From the NCBI RefSeq assembly GCF_006345805.1, contig NC_043007.1, positions 3,348,001 to 3,412,000 on the forward strand: a DNA stretch of 64,000 nt, read 5' to 3'. Shown piece after piece: positions 38,885-51,570 of this stretch (positions within the stretch are counted from its first letter, which is position 1; the number at the start of each line of letters is the position of its first letter). The translations under genes and the position numbers were made by a program. The notes below the pieces were generated by a model. The model was not told the DNA's origin. It searched no databases and saw nothing but the letters and a program-made list of their open reading frames with translations. The DNA comes from Octopus sinensis. Lineage: Eukaryota.

Positions 38885-39575
38885 CACATGATTAAGATTT
38901 AAGAAAGTGGAATGTTTCCGTTGTAGAAAAATTGGACACGTAAAAGCACACTGTAAAAACCAAAATGACAAAACGCTGGAACAAAGAAAATCGAGTAAAA
39001 AAGATGTCGTCGAAAGAAAATGGTGATATGACAAAGAGGAAATTCGTAAATGTGAAAATTGAAAATATAAGAGTGAGACACTGGAAGTTATACTACTATT
39101 TTGAATGAAGCAACTTGGAAATATATATTGGTAAGCCAAAAATAAGTAAATCTACAAAAGTAGCACACGGTCTTACGGATAAAAAATTATATTTTGCAGA
39201 TGAATTTGAGTGTAATGTGACATTTCGGGACCAAATGAAAACGGCAAAAGTATGTGTGTTAAAAAAATTCAGTAAATTTGTTCGGCCCAGAGTGAATGGA
39301 ACTGTTCAAATTGTGGGATACGCCCAGAAATGTTATTTTGTGAGAATATAGTCGGTTCAGACGAAGGTTCGAATGCGGCTGAGGGATTGAGACGAAAAAT
39401 AAAATATTTATTGCCAGATGTTTTCTCGGATGAACTGGACTGCTGCACGAAAACGAAGAAAATAATCATAGTTAAACAAAGTGCAACACCTGTATTTCAG
39501 CCAACACGTGATGTACCGTTCGTGGCGCTAGAACAGGTAAAGAAGGAGCTTGAAAAACTTGAAAGGTTGTAGCCC
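38885..39575 (+). mobile_element. Ty3/Gypsy gag-protease-pol junction remnant
   Basis: CFRCRKIGHVKAHC zinc knuckle (38913-38954); DTGS protease motif at 39077; then LPDVFSDELDCCTK...PVFQPTRDVPFVALEQVKKELEKLE. Confidence 0.88.
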
Positions 39576-40141
39576 ATGCGTCACGATCGTTATTACCAGC
39601 AGAAAAAATTAGATTTGCCTAGCGGAGAGAGCAAGCATCCTCAAAGACTCCTGCTATCCAGATAGTATTAAATTCCCGACATTAGATTTATAGATCCTGT
39701 CCCCATTTCAATCGTTACTTGCTGCAAACATGGGATTCCCCATTCATCGATTAGAACAGAAAAAATCTTTACGGGCTAGAAGCATCCTAAGGGTTGAAGT
39801 TCACCATTCGTCATCTTAACCCATATGGATTGAACTGGTCTAAGGGAGAGAATTCGCCCACGCCGACCCATATGGTTTACTCTTTGTTCACTGATTAACG
39901 GGTTTCTACCTCCAGTTTGGAGAGGTATATGCCCTCCACCATTGAAATCTGATGAGGCGTCCATAGGGTTAAGCGCCTAATGGATGCGAAACCATTGATC
40001 AGCCTATGAGCGGACATAACTGCATAGAAATACATTACTGCTCTATTCTTTAGAGTGTGGGATATATGACACACTGACGATGTGTGTGTGAGTGTGTATG
40101 TGAGTACGTGCGTAGGTGTGTGTGTGTGCATGTATTACGCT

Positions 40142-40547
40142 GATGCAGCGAGTTGGCAGAAACGTTAGCACGCCGGGCGAAATGCTGAGCGGTATTTCGT
40201 CTACCGTTATGTTGTGAGTTCAAATTCCGCAGAGGTCGACTTTGCCTTTCATCCTTTCGGGGTCGATAAATTAAGTACCAGTTACGCACTGGGGTCGATG
40301 TAATCGACTTAATCCCTTTGTCTGTCCTTGTTTGTCCACTCTATGTTTAGCCCCTTGTGGGTAGTAAAGAAATAGGTATTTCGCCCGTCTTTACGCTCAG
40401 AAGTCAAAATTCCGCTGAAGTCGACTTTGCCTTTCATCCTTTCGACATCGTTAAAATATGTACAGTTTGAGCACTGGGGTCGATACAATCGACTTAACGC
40501 CCCCCGCCCCACCCCGAAAATTGCTTGCCTTGTGCCAAATTTTGGAA
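40142..40547 (+). mobile_element. SINE family B, tandem dimer
   Basis: Junction AAAGAAATAGGTATTTCG at 40366-40383. Confidence 0.9.
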
Positions 40548-42117
40548 CCAATATATATTGTTTCACTGACTATAACATGTATCTTATATTCATTGGTGTA
40601 GACTGGCAATCCAATTATAAAGCACGGAGTGAAGTAAACGTTTTTGATCAAGTTTAGATATATTCATAGTCCGACTGTAGATTGTGCAATATTCATAGTC
40701 CGACTACATATGATTGTACACTGTATGTGTATGTGTGTGTTTGTGCATCTGTTCTTATGTGTTTGTGCGTTTATGTACAAACAGAGCCTTCCTTGTCTAT
40801 GTGTGAATTCCCTCCTTTTTTCATTTCCTTTATATTATTGATTTCTGGTTTGTTAAAAACTATAATATTGCTTTATGTAATATACTTATTTTTTAATACA
40901 TTGCTTTAAATAGAATCTTTTAATATCCTTTTTCAAAATTCTGTTATGGATTTTTTTTCTTTAAAAAATCTAAAACATAATTTTTGCCAATCTTAGCAAC
41001 TCTCTATATTGAAACATCAATTATTTTTCCTTTTTCGTTTTGTCATGATATTCTTCGAAACTTTTCTTATAATCAATTTGATAGGCATTTCTTTTGTCTT
41101 ATACTTGAAACATTGCTTTTGTTTTATTTTCTAACATTATATTTATGACTAAGAAATAAGATTACAATCTATACTTATTTTCTCTCGTTTTTTTCCCCAA
41201 TAATTCTAACTCTACAAGATATATCTTAATACTTTTCTTGAAGCACGCCATTATTTATTCTAATTAGTTCGTCCTTCTATTAAAACGTGTGTTTAAATTC
41301 GTAATTTTTTAATTAGTGTGTTCTTATTTTCTATTCATGTATTTTCATAACATTAAAGAAATAAATGTGTTCAAGATAGAACATTATTCAGCCTAAAGGA
41401 AATTTCAATTGTTTTAGCACTAAATGTGTTTTTTAAATATAAAATATACAATTTATATTAAGAACCTTATGACGTTTTTAAATCGCTGCTACTAACACAT
41501 AATAGCTTCATACAAAAAACTGACATTATCTTACAGTATGTTATTTTTCTTTTCATTTTATTCCAGAACTATTCCATTAAAGATATTTTTATATTATCTA
41601 CCGCTAGAAACAAACTTAAGGTTTTACAGGGCTTTTTTACATTGATTTTTTTTCCATGAACGATTTGGTAAAGATATTGTGTTGTCTCAATTTATCTCAA
41701 CTATTTAAAAAATGTTTTCAGTGATTTCATAACCATATACATATTGCTGATCGGCCACTATCTATTATTCTTAGAAAGTTATTTACTTTTCAGCAGATAT
41801 TCTATATTTTTTTCATCATTAACTAAATATATTTGTTACTGTTGTTTTCTCAGGGAAATTGGGAAAAAAGTGTTCAACCACAATGCATCTGATTCAATTC
41901 CCTCAAACAATTATACACAGCATTGATAATAATATACTGAATACAACAGAAACTTAACATTGATTCATAATTTTTCTTCGAGTCCAATGGCCTATTATTA
42001 TTCTTGTTTCAAATACCAGTGCTAAAGAAGTCTGAGAGGCCGGAACTTCTTCCCAGGTTTTAAAGAATAAGTTATAATAAATCTCTGAACTAGATGTAAA
42101 CAGTAACTGCACGACAC

Positions 42118-42199
42118 TGTGAGGTATACTAGCCATCTCAATATGGCTAACACCCACCCTTAGTGGTTAGCCATATTGAGATGGCTAGTATACCTCACA
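42118..42199. repeat. Perfect 34-bp inverted repeat with 14-nt loop
   Basis: TGTGAGGTATACTAGCCATCTCAATATGGCTAAC and its exact reverse complement at 42166-42199. Confidence 0.95.
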
Positions 42200-43333
42200 A
42201 AGAATAAGTTGTTATCGTTATTATCACCGATGGAGCTTGTTACTCTGACATAAATTTAGCCTTAATTGCATTATTATTCATTCTTAGATTCCAGAACTGG
42301 TGCAGAATATAATTAAATTTTGTTAATTAATTGATGTTAAATGCATCATATATTAAGTCAGAATGGTTGATTACCAGAATTGGAAGCGACTTGGACTAGG
42401 GGAATATAGTCACATCTGTTTACGTAGAAGCGAACTTTTCATTGAGTCGATACTATAAAACAACAGTCAAGTACGGATTTCCTCAACTATTTCCTCCAAT
42501 AAAACTGTGGTATTATGCAAAAGATAGAAAAATTTATTTTTTTTTAATTCTTTTAAAGTATGATCATCCATTAGTTTATTTCGTAAATTTTTCCCTTCAA
42601 AACTTCTTATCAATAACTCACTTTTGCAATGGCATTTTCCGAAATTGAAATATCTTTGTCATTAATTCTGTATTATTAACTTTAAGTATTGTAATTCTAA
42701 TTTTGAGTAAAGATTCTTTACTGGTTTTGCTTTTATTTTTTGGTAATTGTTTTAATTCTTCTAAATTATTATGAATATTTAAAATTGGCGTTAATAGAAA
42801 TGTTTTGTCTTCTCTGTTCAAAAGTTTTCTATATAATTTTCAAATAAATTCTAATAGTCTATTCGTCTTTCAAGCGAACACATTATCGTTAATTTGAAAT
42901 TCATCACTGGCTTTGAAATATAACTTTTTAAACAACTTTTTAAAATTCTTTTTGAAAACTAATGTTAGAGACTTTTTTCAAATATCGATTGCTTTCTACA
43001 TAATATGGCTACGCTTTTAATAGTAAATACACTTAAATCTGCAGTAAAACAATTATGGTGATACATATTAACTAATGAAGCCTTACAGCCTCTTAGCGTA
43101 CCATTCCAAGATTTCGTCCTGACATTCTCTTCTGTTCCTGGTTACTTTCATTTCCATATCGTATAAAAGTGATATCCATTGAGTTTTAGGCAACCAGACA
43201 GTAATCAGATTAAATGATACTTGCACTTTGATGATATGAATATTATATGCGCGTGTACGATGGGGTGTAAATATATGTGTGTGTGTGTATTTATTTATTT
43301 ATATATTTATATATGTATTCATGTATATATATG

Positions 43334-43364
<31 letters not shown>

Positions 43365-43370
<6 letters not shown>

Positions 43371-43735
43371 TTACATTTATTTGCAGCATATAGTGAAATT
43401 ATTAACTGTGAACATAAGGTACATTATATTGACCTCGGGATTTTTAATAAAGTTGTGTTGCACACACACGCACACATATACAAACACACCTGCACACAAC
43501 CACACACACATGCTTAACTACACACACACGTATATATAGGGAGAGTTTACGAAAAACAAAAGACGAAGACAAGTGGTGTACAAAACAAGCAGATGTATTA
43601 GTATAACGCTCAGGAATAGAAAAAGTCTTTTACGCTTCGAGCCTATGCTCTTCTACAGAAAGGGACACAGAAAAAACAAGGAGAGAAAAAATGTGTGTAG
43701 TAGCTAACGATCTATATGTATATACACATATATAC

Positions 43736-43821
<86 letters not shown>

Positions 43822-43894
43822 TATATATGTATATATGTGTATATATACATATATACGATCTATATGTATATATACACATATATATATATATATA

Positions 43895-43937
<43 letters not shown>

Positions 43938-44319
43938 TATATATATACACATATATATATATATGTATATATGTGTATATATACATATAGATCGTTAGCC
44001 ACTACACACATTTTTTCTCTCCTTGTTTTTTCTGTGTCCCTTTCTGTAGAAGAGCATAGGCTCGAAGCGTAGAAGACTTTTTCTATTCCTGAGCGTTATA
44101 CTAATACATCTGCTTGTTTTGTACACCACTTGTCTTCGTCTTTTGGTTTTCGTAAACTTTCCCTATATATACGTGTGTGTGTGGTTGTGTGCAGGTGTGT
44201 TTGTATGTGTGTGCGTGTGTGTGCAACACAACTTTATTAAAAATCCCGAGGTCAATATAATGTACCTTATGTTCACAGTTAATAATTTCACTATATGCTG
44301 CAAATAAATGTAAATATAT
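43365..44319. repeat. Long inverted duplication (~370-bp arms) around a (TA)n spacer
   Basis: Arms 43365-~43745 and ~43950-44319 differ by about four substitutions and one ~18-nt indel. Confidence 0.95.
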
Positions 44320-44642
44320 GTTGCCCTTCCCTTAGCACCCAAGCAAATAAAGCTCGTTATTCTTCTGTTTCAGAACTTGCTAAATAATCAGAAGCACTTT
44401 TCATTCTCATGCACGCGAAGAGTAGTACACTAGTCGCTATTTAAAATAAACACAAACTAAAACCAAGATGTAATGAGTAGACAAATGAACATGTGGATAC
44501 TTCGATGGTGGAGTTTCTGTCGTGTAATATACTTTGCTCGAACAGAACATCCACATTTAAGTGGGGATATATACTACCTCTTGTTATTAATAGTGCATCG
44601 GTTTCTAATGAATAATATAAATATATAAATTATATATATATA

Positions 44643-44711
<69 letters not shown>

Positions 44712-44730
44712 TTATCAAAATAAAAACATA

Positions 44731-44996
44731 ATGCAAAGGATTAGCGGTACATATGTTTCGGGCCTTTATTAGACGGTTTTATAACAATGCATAATGTGTG
44801 ACTATAGCCTTCTTCAGCCGCGTACAATTACTACTTCAATGACATGTATTACATTATAAGTTTTAACTTATAATTTAATACATGTCTTTGAAGTAGTAAT
44901 TGTACGCGGCTGAAGAAGGCTATAGTCACACATTATGCATTGTTATAAAACCGTCTAATAAAGGCCCGAAACATATGTACCGCTAATCCTTTGCAT
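44731..44996. repeat. 266-bp palindrome (132-bp arms, 2 mismatches, TT loop)
   Basis: Directly visible; centre at 44863/44864. Confidence 0.97.
44906..44983 (+). ncRNA. Type I hammerhead ribozyme (mirror copy on the minus strand, 44744-44821)
   Basis: GCGG-CUGAAGA-AGGCU...GGCCC-GAAA-CAUAUG-U-A-CCGC; stem III is the palindrome ACAUAUGU; GUA triplet. Confidence 0.75.
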
Positions 44997-44999
44997 CAT

Positions 45000-45226
45000 A
45001 CTCTTTACTCTTTTTACTCTTTTATTTGTTTCAGTCATTTGACTGCGGCCATGCTGGAGCACCGCCTTTAGTCGAACAAATCGACCCCGGGACTTATTCT
45101 TTGTAAGCCCAGTACTTATTCTATCGGTCTCTTTTTGCCGAACTGCTAAGTGACGGGGACGTAAACACACCAGCATCGGTTGTCAAGCAATGCTAGGGGG
45201 ACAAACACAGACACACAAACACACAC

Positions 45227-45278
<52 letters not shown>

Positions 45279-45437
45279 GACAGGCTTCTTTCAGTTTCCG
45301 TCTACCAAATCCGCTCACAAGGCATTGGTCGGCCCGGGGCTATAGCAGAAGACACTTGCCCAAGGTGCCACGCAGTGGGACTGAACCCGGAACCATGAGG
45401 TTGGTTAGCAAGCTATTTACCACACAGCCACTCCTGC
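45000..45437 (-). mobile_element. SINE family C, full length
   Basis: All modules are present. Confidence 0.92.
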
Positions 45438-45471
45438 GCCTGTTTTTATTTTGATAAATATATATATACAT

Positions 45472-45588
<117 letters not shown>

Positions 45589-45600
45589 CATACATACATA

Positions 45601-45769
45601 TATTAATAGTTATTATCAAGCTAACATGGCAGTCCAGAACAATAGCTATGTGACACACAAACCTGTGTCACATAGCTAGCTAGAGGCGATGGCCTCTTGG
45701 AACTAATCAACGGTAGCATTCGTCCGAATGTTATGGACTGTCATGTTAGCTTGGCGATTACTATTAATA
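45601..45769. mobile_element. MITE with ~36-bp TIRs and an internal 15-bp hairpin
   Basis: TATTAATAGT...CAAGCTAACATGGCAGTCCA and TGGACTGTCATGTTAGCTTGG...ACTATTAATA. Inner stem 45643-45657/45664-45678. Confidence 0.75.
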
Positions 45770-46337
45770 CGCAGTACTACTGCCGTAGTCTCCTTTAGAG
45801 AGATTTTAAATATATATATATATATATATGGAAATGTAACATGTATTACAATATCTAAAATAAATATTGTGTTTAACTACAGTTTTCCAAGATTTTACTA
45901 ACTGATATTTATTAATTAGTTAACCATACTGCGAACTGATGCACTTTATGCAAATTGTTTTAGATATTACTACTAGGTAATGGTCTGTATTCGTTGGGTT
46001 TAAAAAGCACATTCTCAAGCCAAACTAATAAAAACCATCAATAAGCAGTAATTGCTAGAGTTAGTTCATTTATTCTGCAACTGAAAAATTCCATTCTTCC
46101 TTTTTTTATTTCTTCAGATAACAATTTGCAATGGAATCTGCGTTTTTAATTGTTTTAAAGGATTAAATATGAATTAATATGAATTTGTGTACGTAAAGTT
46201 ATCCAAGAGATTGTGCACACAGGAATATGAGGCCATATCCACTTAGTGATAGCATATATTAAATTACAAACACACACACACACACATACACACATACACA
46301 TTCAAGTAATACTTTATATGTGTACCATGTATATATA

Positions 46338-47181
46338 TCTCTTTTACTCTTTTACTCTTTTACTTGTTTCAGTCATTTGACTGCGGCTATGCTGGAGCAC
46401 CGCCTTTAGTCGAGCAAATCGACCCCGAGACTTATTCTTTGTAAGCCCAGTACTTATTCCATCTGTCTCATTTGCCGAACCGCTAAGTGACGGGGACGTA
46501 AACACACCAGCATCGGTTGTCAAGCAATGCTAGGGGGACAAACACGGACACACAAACACACACACACATACATACATATGTATACATATATACGACAGGC
46601 TTCTTTCAGTTTCCGTCTACCAAATCCACTCGGCCCTGGGCTATAGCAGAAGACACTTGCCCAAGATGCCACGCAGTGGGACTGAACCCGGAACCATGTG
46701 GCTGGTTAGCAAGCTACTTACCACACAGCCACTCCTATATATAATTATGATGCACCTATGCCTAAATATACCCAAGTATATATATTTCTCTTTTCTCATT
46801 TCTCTTTCACTTGTTTCAGCCATTTGACTGCGGCCATGCTGGAGTACCGCCTTCTAGTCGAGCAAATCGACCCCAGGACTTATTCTTTGTAAGCCCAGTA
46901 CTTATCCTATCGGTCTCTTTTGCCGAACCGCTAAGTAACGGGGACGTAAACACACAAGCATCGGTTGTCAAGCGATGTTGGGGAGACAAACACAGACACA
47001 CAAACACACACACACCCATATATATACGACGGGCTTCTTTCAGTTTCCGCCTACCAAATCCACTCACAAGGCTTTGGTCGGCCCAAGGCTATAGTAGAAG
47101 ACACTTGCTCATGGTGCCACGCGGTGGGACTGAACCTGGAACTGTGTGGTTGGTAAGCTAGCTACTTACCACACGGCCACT
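46338..47181 (-). mobile_element. Two adjacent full-length SINE family C copies (46338-46736, 46810-47181)
   Basis: Both carry head, internal microsatellite and 3' half. Confidence 0.92.
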
Positions 47182-47813
47182 GTGCATATAATTATGTACT
47201 AACAAGTATATATATATATATATAATGTTTTCTGATATCTATCATTGCTCCTTTGCACCTTGTGTGTATCTATGTAAGTACGTATGTATATATGTATATA
47301 TATATGTGTACATACATACATACATACATACATACATACATACATACATACATACATACATGTACATACATGTACATACATACATACATACATACATACA
47401 TACATACATACATACATACATGAAATGCGTAAAGTATTGATCATGGATATCATATGCATATAAAAATGTAAACGTTTTGAAATAATAATCTTCGTATATG
47501 TCTTCGTCTTGTTGGTGTTGTTGTTAGCATTGCTTTTATTGTGCGTTCATTGTTCTACCTCGACTATTATTATTTTTGAACAATTTATGAAGATTGACGT
47601 AAATCGTTCCGAAGATAAATACACAATAAGAAGATGGCGATACGATGTATAATAAAATACAGATTGACTGATTATTCAACTAAACACTATTTCAACAGTT
47701 TGTCTTCTTTGGGTTTTAAAAAACAAAGTCAGTCTGTATTTAATTATCTGTCGCATCGTACTCTTCTTTTTCTTTTGTTTTGTGTTGTCATTATTGTTGT
47801 TGTTATTATTATT

Positions 47814-47998
47814 AAGGCGGCGAGCTTAGAAGCATTTCGTCCGTCTGCCCGTCCTGAGTTCAAATTCCGCCGAGGGGTCGATTTTGCTTCTCATCCTTTG
47901 CTGGTCTGTAAAATAAGTACCAGTTGAACACTGGGGTCGGTGTAATCGACTAGTCTGCTCCCCCAAAAGTTCATGCTTTGTGCCTATCGTAGAAAGGA
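47814..47998 (+). mobile_element. SINE family B copy
   Basis: AAGGCGGCGAGC head with an internal deletion, plus the central block. Confidence 0.8.
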
Positions 47999-48029
47999 TC
48001 ATCATCATCATTATTATTATTATTATTAC

Positions 48030-49370
48030 TGAGTAAGTGAGAGAGCAGTGCATGCTTTCAATGTGACACTGGGGTACAATACTACCACCACATTTTTCAT
48101 CGACCACAACTGCTTAGCCTCCCAAGCTAACTTGTGATATCTATCGACTTTTCTTTCTTCCTTATTGCATACCTTGTTGTCAGCTGGGCATGCTACATCT
48201 ATAATCCAGCATCGTTTGCTTTCTTTCTCAATTAACACTATGTCTGGCTTCCTATTCTCTATCTCATGATCGCACTGAATCATAAAATCCCACATTATCA
48301 TTTTCGATTATGCCTTTGGGTTTATATTCGTAACATTGTTTTGCTCTGTCAAGTCCATACTTGTTACAAAGTATCCAATGCAATATCTTTGCCATATTGT
48401 CATGACATCTCTTATAGTCTTTCTGGGTTAGTGGCATACATTGACTGGTAATATGCCATACGGTTTCACCATTTTGTCCACAAATTCTGCTCTTATCACT
48501 TTCTGATGTGCTGTATGTTCTGTATTTGATGTAATTGGTTCCTAATGCTTACTCTTAGGCAGCACAGATTAGAACTTCCGCTTCCGGTTTTAAATCACTT
48601 TTTGTCATCCATAGCCATCTTTTTCTCTGTCTGTCTTATCTTCAACATCCCTATGAAATTTTCCATCCATTCTTTTCTTTATCCACCTGTTTTCAGTTTC
48701 ATTTATTCTCAAGGGCTTGTACAGTGCTTTACCTTTGCAATATTCCTTCCTGCACAAGCCTGGCCTTCTTACTTCCAATAACAGTGGTTCTGTGGCATCT
48801 TTTACAGACCATGCTATGTTGATTTCTTCTGCTCTAATGCTGTATTCACATCCAAACGGTCCTCTCTCCCTTCTTTTTCTTGGTCCATAGAGTCTGTCTG
48901 TGACACTTTTTGGGTGAGTGAAATTTAGAGAATGTAGTGGTCTTTCCTCTCTATCTACCACAACATTCTCAAAATTTCACCCCCACCACAAGACCCCTTC
49001 GAATGGACAGGACATGGAATCAACGTCTCCAAACTATCCATTTGTAATTAAAAAAACTATGAACTCCTATCGGAATTTACATACCATGGACAAAAAGCCT
49101 TTCCACCACTTCTACACAGCACTTTCCTTGGATAATGGAACTGCAACAGTAACATCCAAAATATATTTTTATTTTTACTTTTATTCTCTTATTTCCCTTT
49201 ATACTCTATATTTCCATCCTTTTCCAAAATAACTTCTTACATTGAAATCTACCATTTCCCTCTATGTAACCATCTCACATCGTTTCCGATGCAGAGATAT
49301 CCCTAATATCCCAGAAACAGCTATAAGACTAACTTCTCCAGAAACTTCTACAGAGCCTTGACTTTGTTGT
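48030..49370 (-). mobile_element. R4/Dong-like non-LTR retrotransposon (restriction-like endonuclease), decayed 3' part
   Basis: HPKSVTDRLYGPRKR thumb motif; SRICGQNGETVWHITSQC...KRCHDN (CCHC with the first Cys mutated); RKPDIVLIEK...IIDVACP (PD..D endonuclease). The 3' end runs into (TAA)n/(TGA)n. Confidence 0.88.
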
Positions 49371-49389
49371 CTCATTTTATTTAACATTT

Positions 49390-49594
49390 ATATGTATATA
49401 TATAGATTTATATGTATGTATATATATATAAATATATATATACATATATATATATACATATATAATATATATATGTATATGCATGTATATATATATATAT
49501 ATTTACAGTTATACAAGCATATATACACATATATATATAAATATATATGCATCTTTACACACATACAAACAAGCAAACACACGCACACACAGAC

Positions 49595-49629
<35 letters not shown>

Positions 49630-49791
49630 TATTTATATATATATGCGATGGACTGGCGTCCCGTCCAGCTGGTGGGGAGGGGACGGACGCCAAAGAAACC
49701 CGGAAACCGGGACCATGAGCCTGGCTAGGCTTGAAAAAGGCGACGTTTATCGTATATATATAATATATATATATATATATTATATATATAT

Positions 49792-49856
<65 letters not shown>

Positions 49857-49865
49857 CTGACAGAC

Positions 49866-49940
<75 letters not shown>
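49390..49940. repeat. (TA)n/(CATA)n/(GATA)n field
   Basis: Directly visible. Confidence 0.95.
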
Positions 49941-49941
<1 letters not shown>

Positions 49942-50101
49942 GAGAATCAGATATTCTTCGTATAGAATACACACTGTTGTGCTCAAGAGATTTAAGCTTG
50001 AGAGAGTATAGAAATATGCATGCATATATATATCTTTTGTATTTCATATATTTGATATGCTTTATACAGAGATTTGTCTAACTTGTTTATCCCTACATTT
50101 A

Positions 50102-50147
<46 letters not shown>

Positions 50148-50151
50148 ATAT

Positions 50152-50365
50152 ACTCTTTTACTCTTTTACTTGTTTCAGTCATTTGACTACGGTCATGCTG
50201 GAGCACCGCCTTTAGTCGAGCAAATCAGCCGAGACTTATTCTTTGTAAGCCCAGTACTTATTCTATCAGTCTCTTTTTGCCGAACTGCTAAGTTACTGGG
50301 ACGTAAACACACCAGCATCGGTTGTCAAGCAATGCTAGGGGGACAAACACAGACACACAAAACAC
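50152..50365 (-). mobile_element. SINE family C, 3' half
   Basis: Tail and GGAGCACCGCCTTTAGTCGAG block. Confidence 0.85.
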
Positions 50366-50383
50366 ACCACATACATATATATT

Positions 50384-50454
<71 letters not shown>

Positions 50455-50662
50455 ATAAAATAAATATTAGGGAATATATCCAAATTTACAGGGAAAAAAA
50501 AATCAGATTTAGGATTAAATCCAATTTTATAGTAAAATATTATAAATACTTCTAATAATAATTATAATTTTGTTACGTTTAGTGGTAAAAATAATAGATA
50601 TTATAAAAAAAATAATAAAAATGAAATAAAAATATAAATAAGAATAATAATAATAATAATAA

Positions 50663-51570
50663 TATAATAATAATAATATAAATAAGAATAATATAAATAA
50701 AAATAAATTTAATAATTATTATAATAATTATATTGATAAATTTAATAATATTAATAATTCCTTAAATGCTGTACATAGATATAATTCTGATAATAATTTT
50801 AAAAAAATAAAGAATTATAAATATATTTATAATAATGATAATAATAATAAGGTTAATAAGTATAAAATTTGGTTAATAGTTCCTTATGGAGATCAAGTTA
50901 AAACGAATATTATTAAAGAGATTTTAGATGTTATAGAACTATTTATTAGAGATAATCGTAAATATAGAAACATTTTCTCTTTTAATAATTTTGGAGTTGG
51001 TTACTCTACCACTAATAATGTTGGTAACATTATTTCTTCATTTAATAAATATAAACTGAATAATTTTTATAAAAAGAAATTATTTGATAATAATATTAAT
51101 AATGATAAGACTTATATTAATTGTTGTAGAGATAAATCTAATTGTATATTAAATAATAATTGTGATATTAACGATGTAGTGTATAAATGTATAGTTACAT
51201 TACATGATAATAACTTTAAGAATAATAATTACACAAAAGCGGTTTATATAGGTTCTACTTCCTCAAAAATAAAACTAAGAATTGCACAACATATGAATTC
51301 TTTTAAAAATAAAAACTTAATCAACTCAACCGGACTTAGTAAGTATATTTGGAGTCTTAAATCACTAAATATTAATTATAGTTTAATATGGGAAATAATT
51401 TGTAAAACTAAATCATATAATATAGGAGCTAATTGTTGTTATTTATGCTCTAATGAGTTTAAAGAAATTTTTTTTATAAGTATGATAATTTACTTAATAC
51501 TGGGGAGGAGCGCAAAATAAAATGTAGACACAAGTTACTTTACTTATATAATAAGTTTCATGATAAATAG
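50663..51570 (+). pseudogene. Penelope-like element ORF 3' part (linker + CCHH/GIY-YIG endonuclease)
   Basis: The frame is stop-free from 50663 to 51520: IWLIVPYGDQVKTNI...GYSTTNNVGNII...NCCRDKSNCILNNNC...VVYKCIV...VYIGST...RIAQH...CYLC. After a slip in a T run it continues LLNTGEERKIKCRHK to TAG at 51570. Confidence 0.88.
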
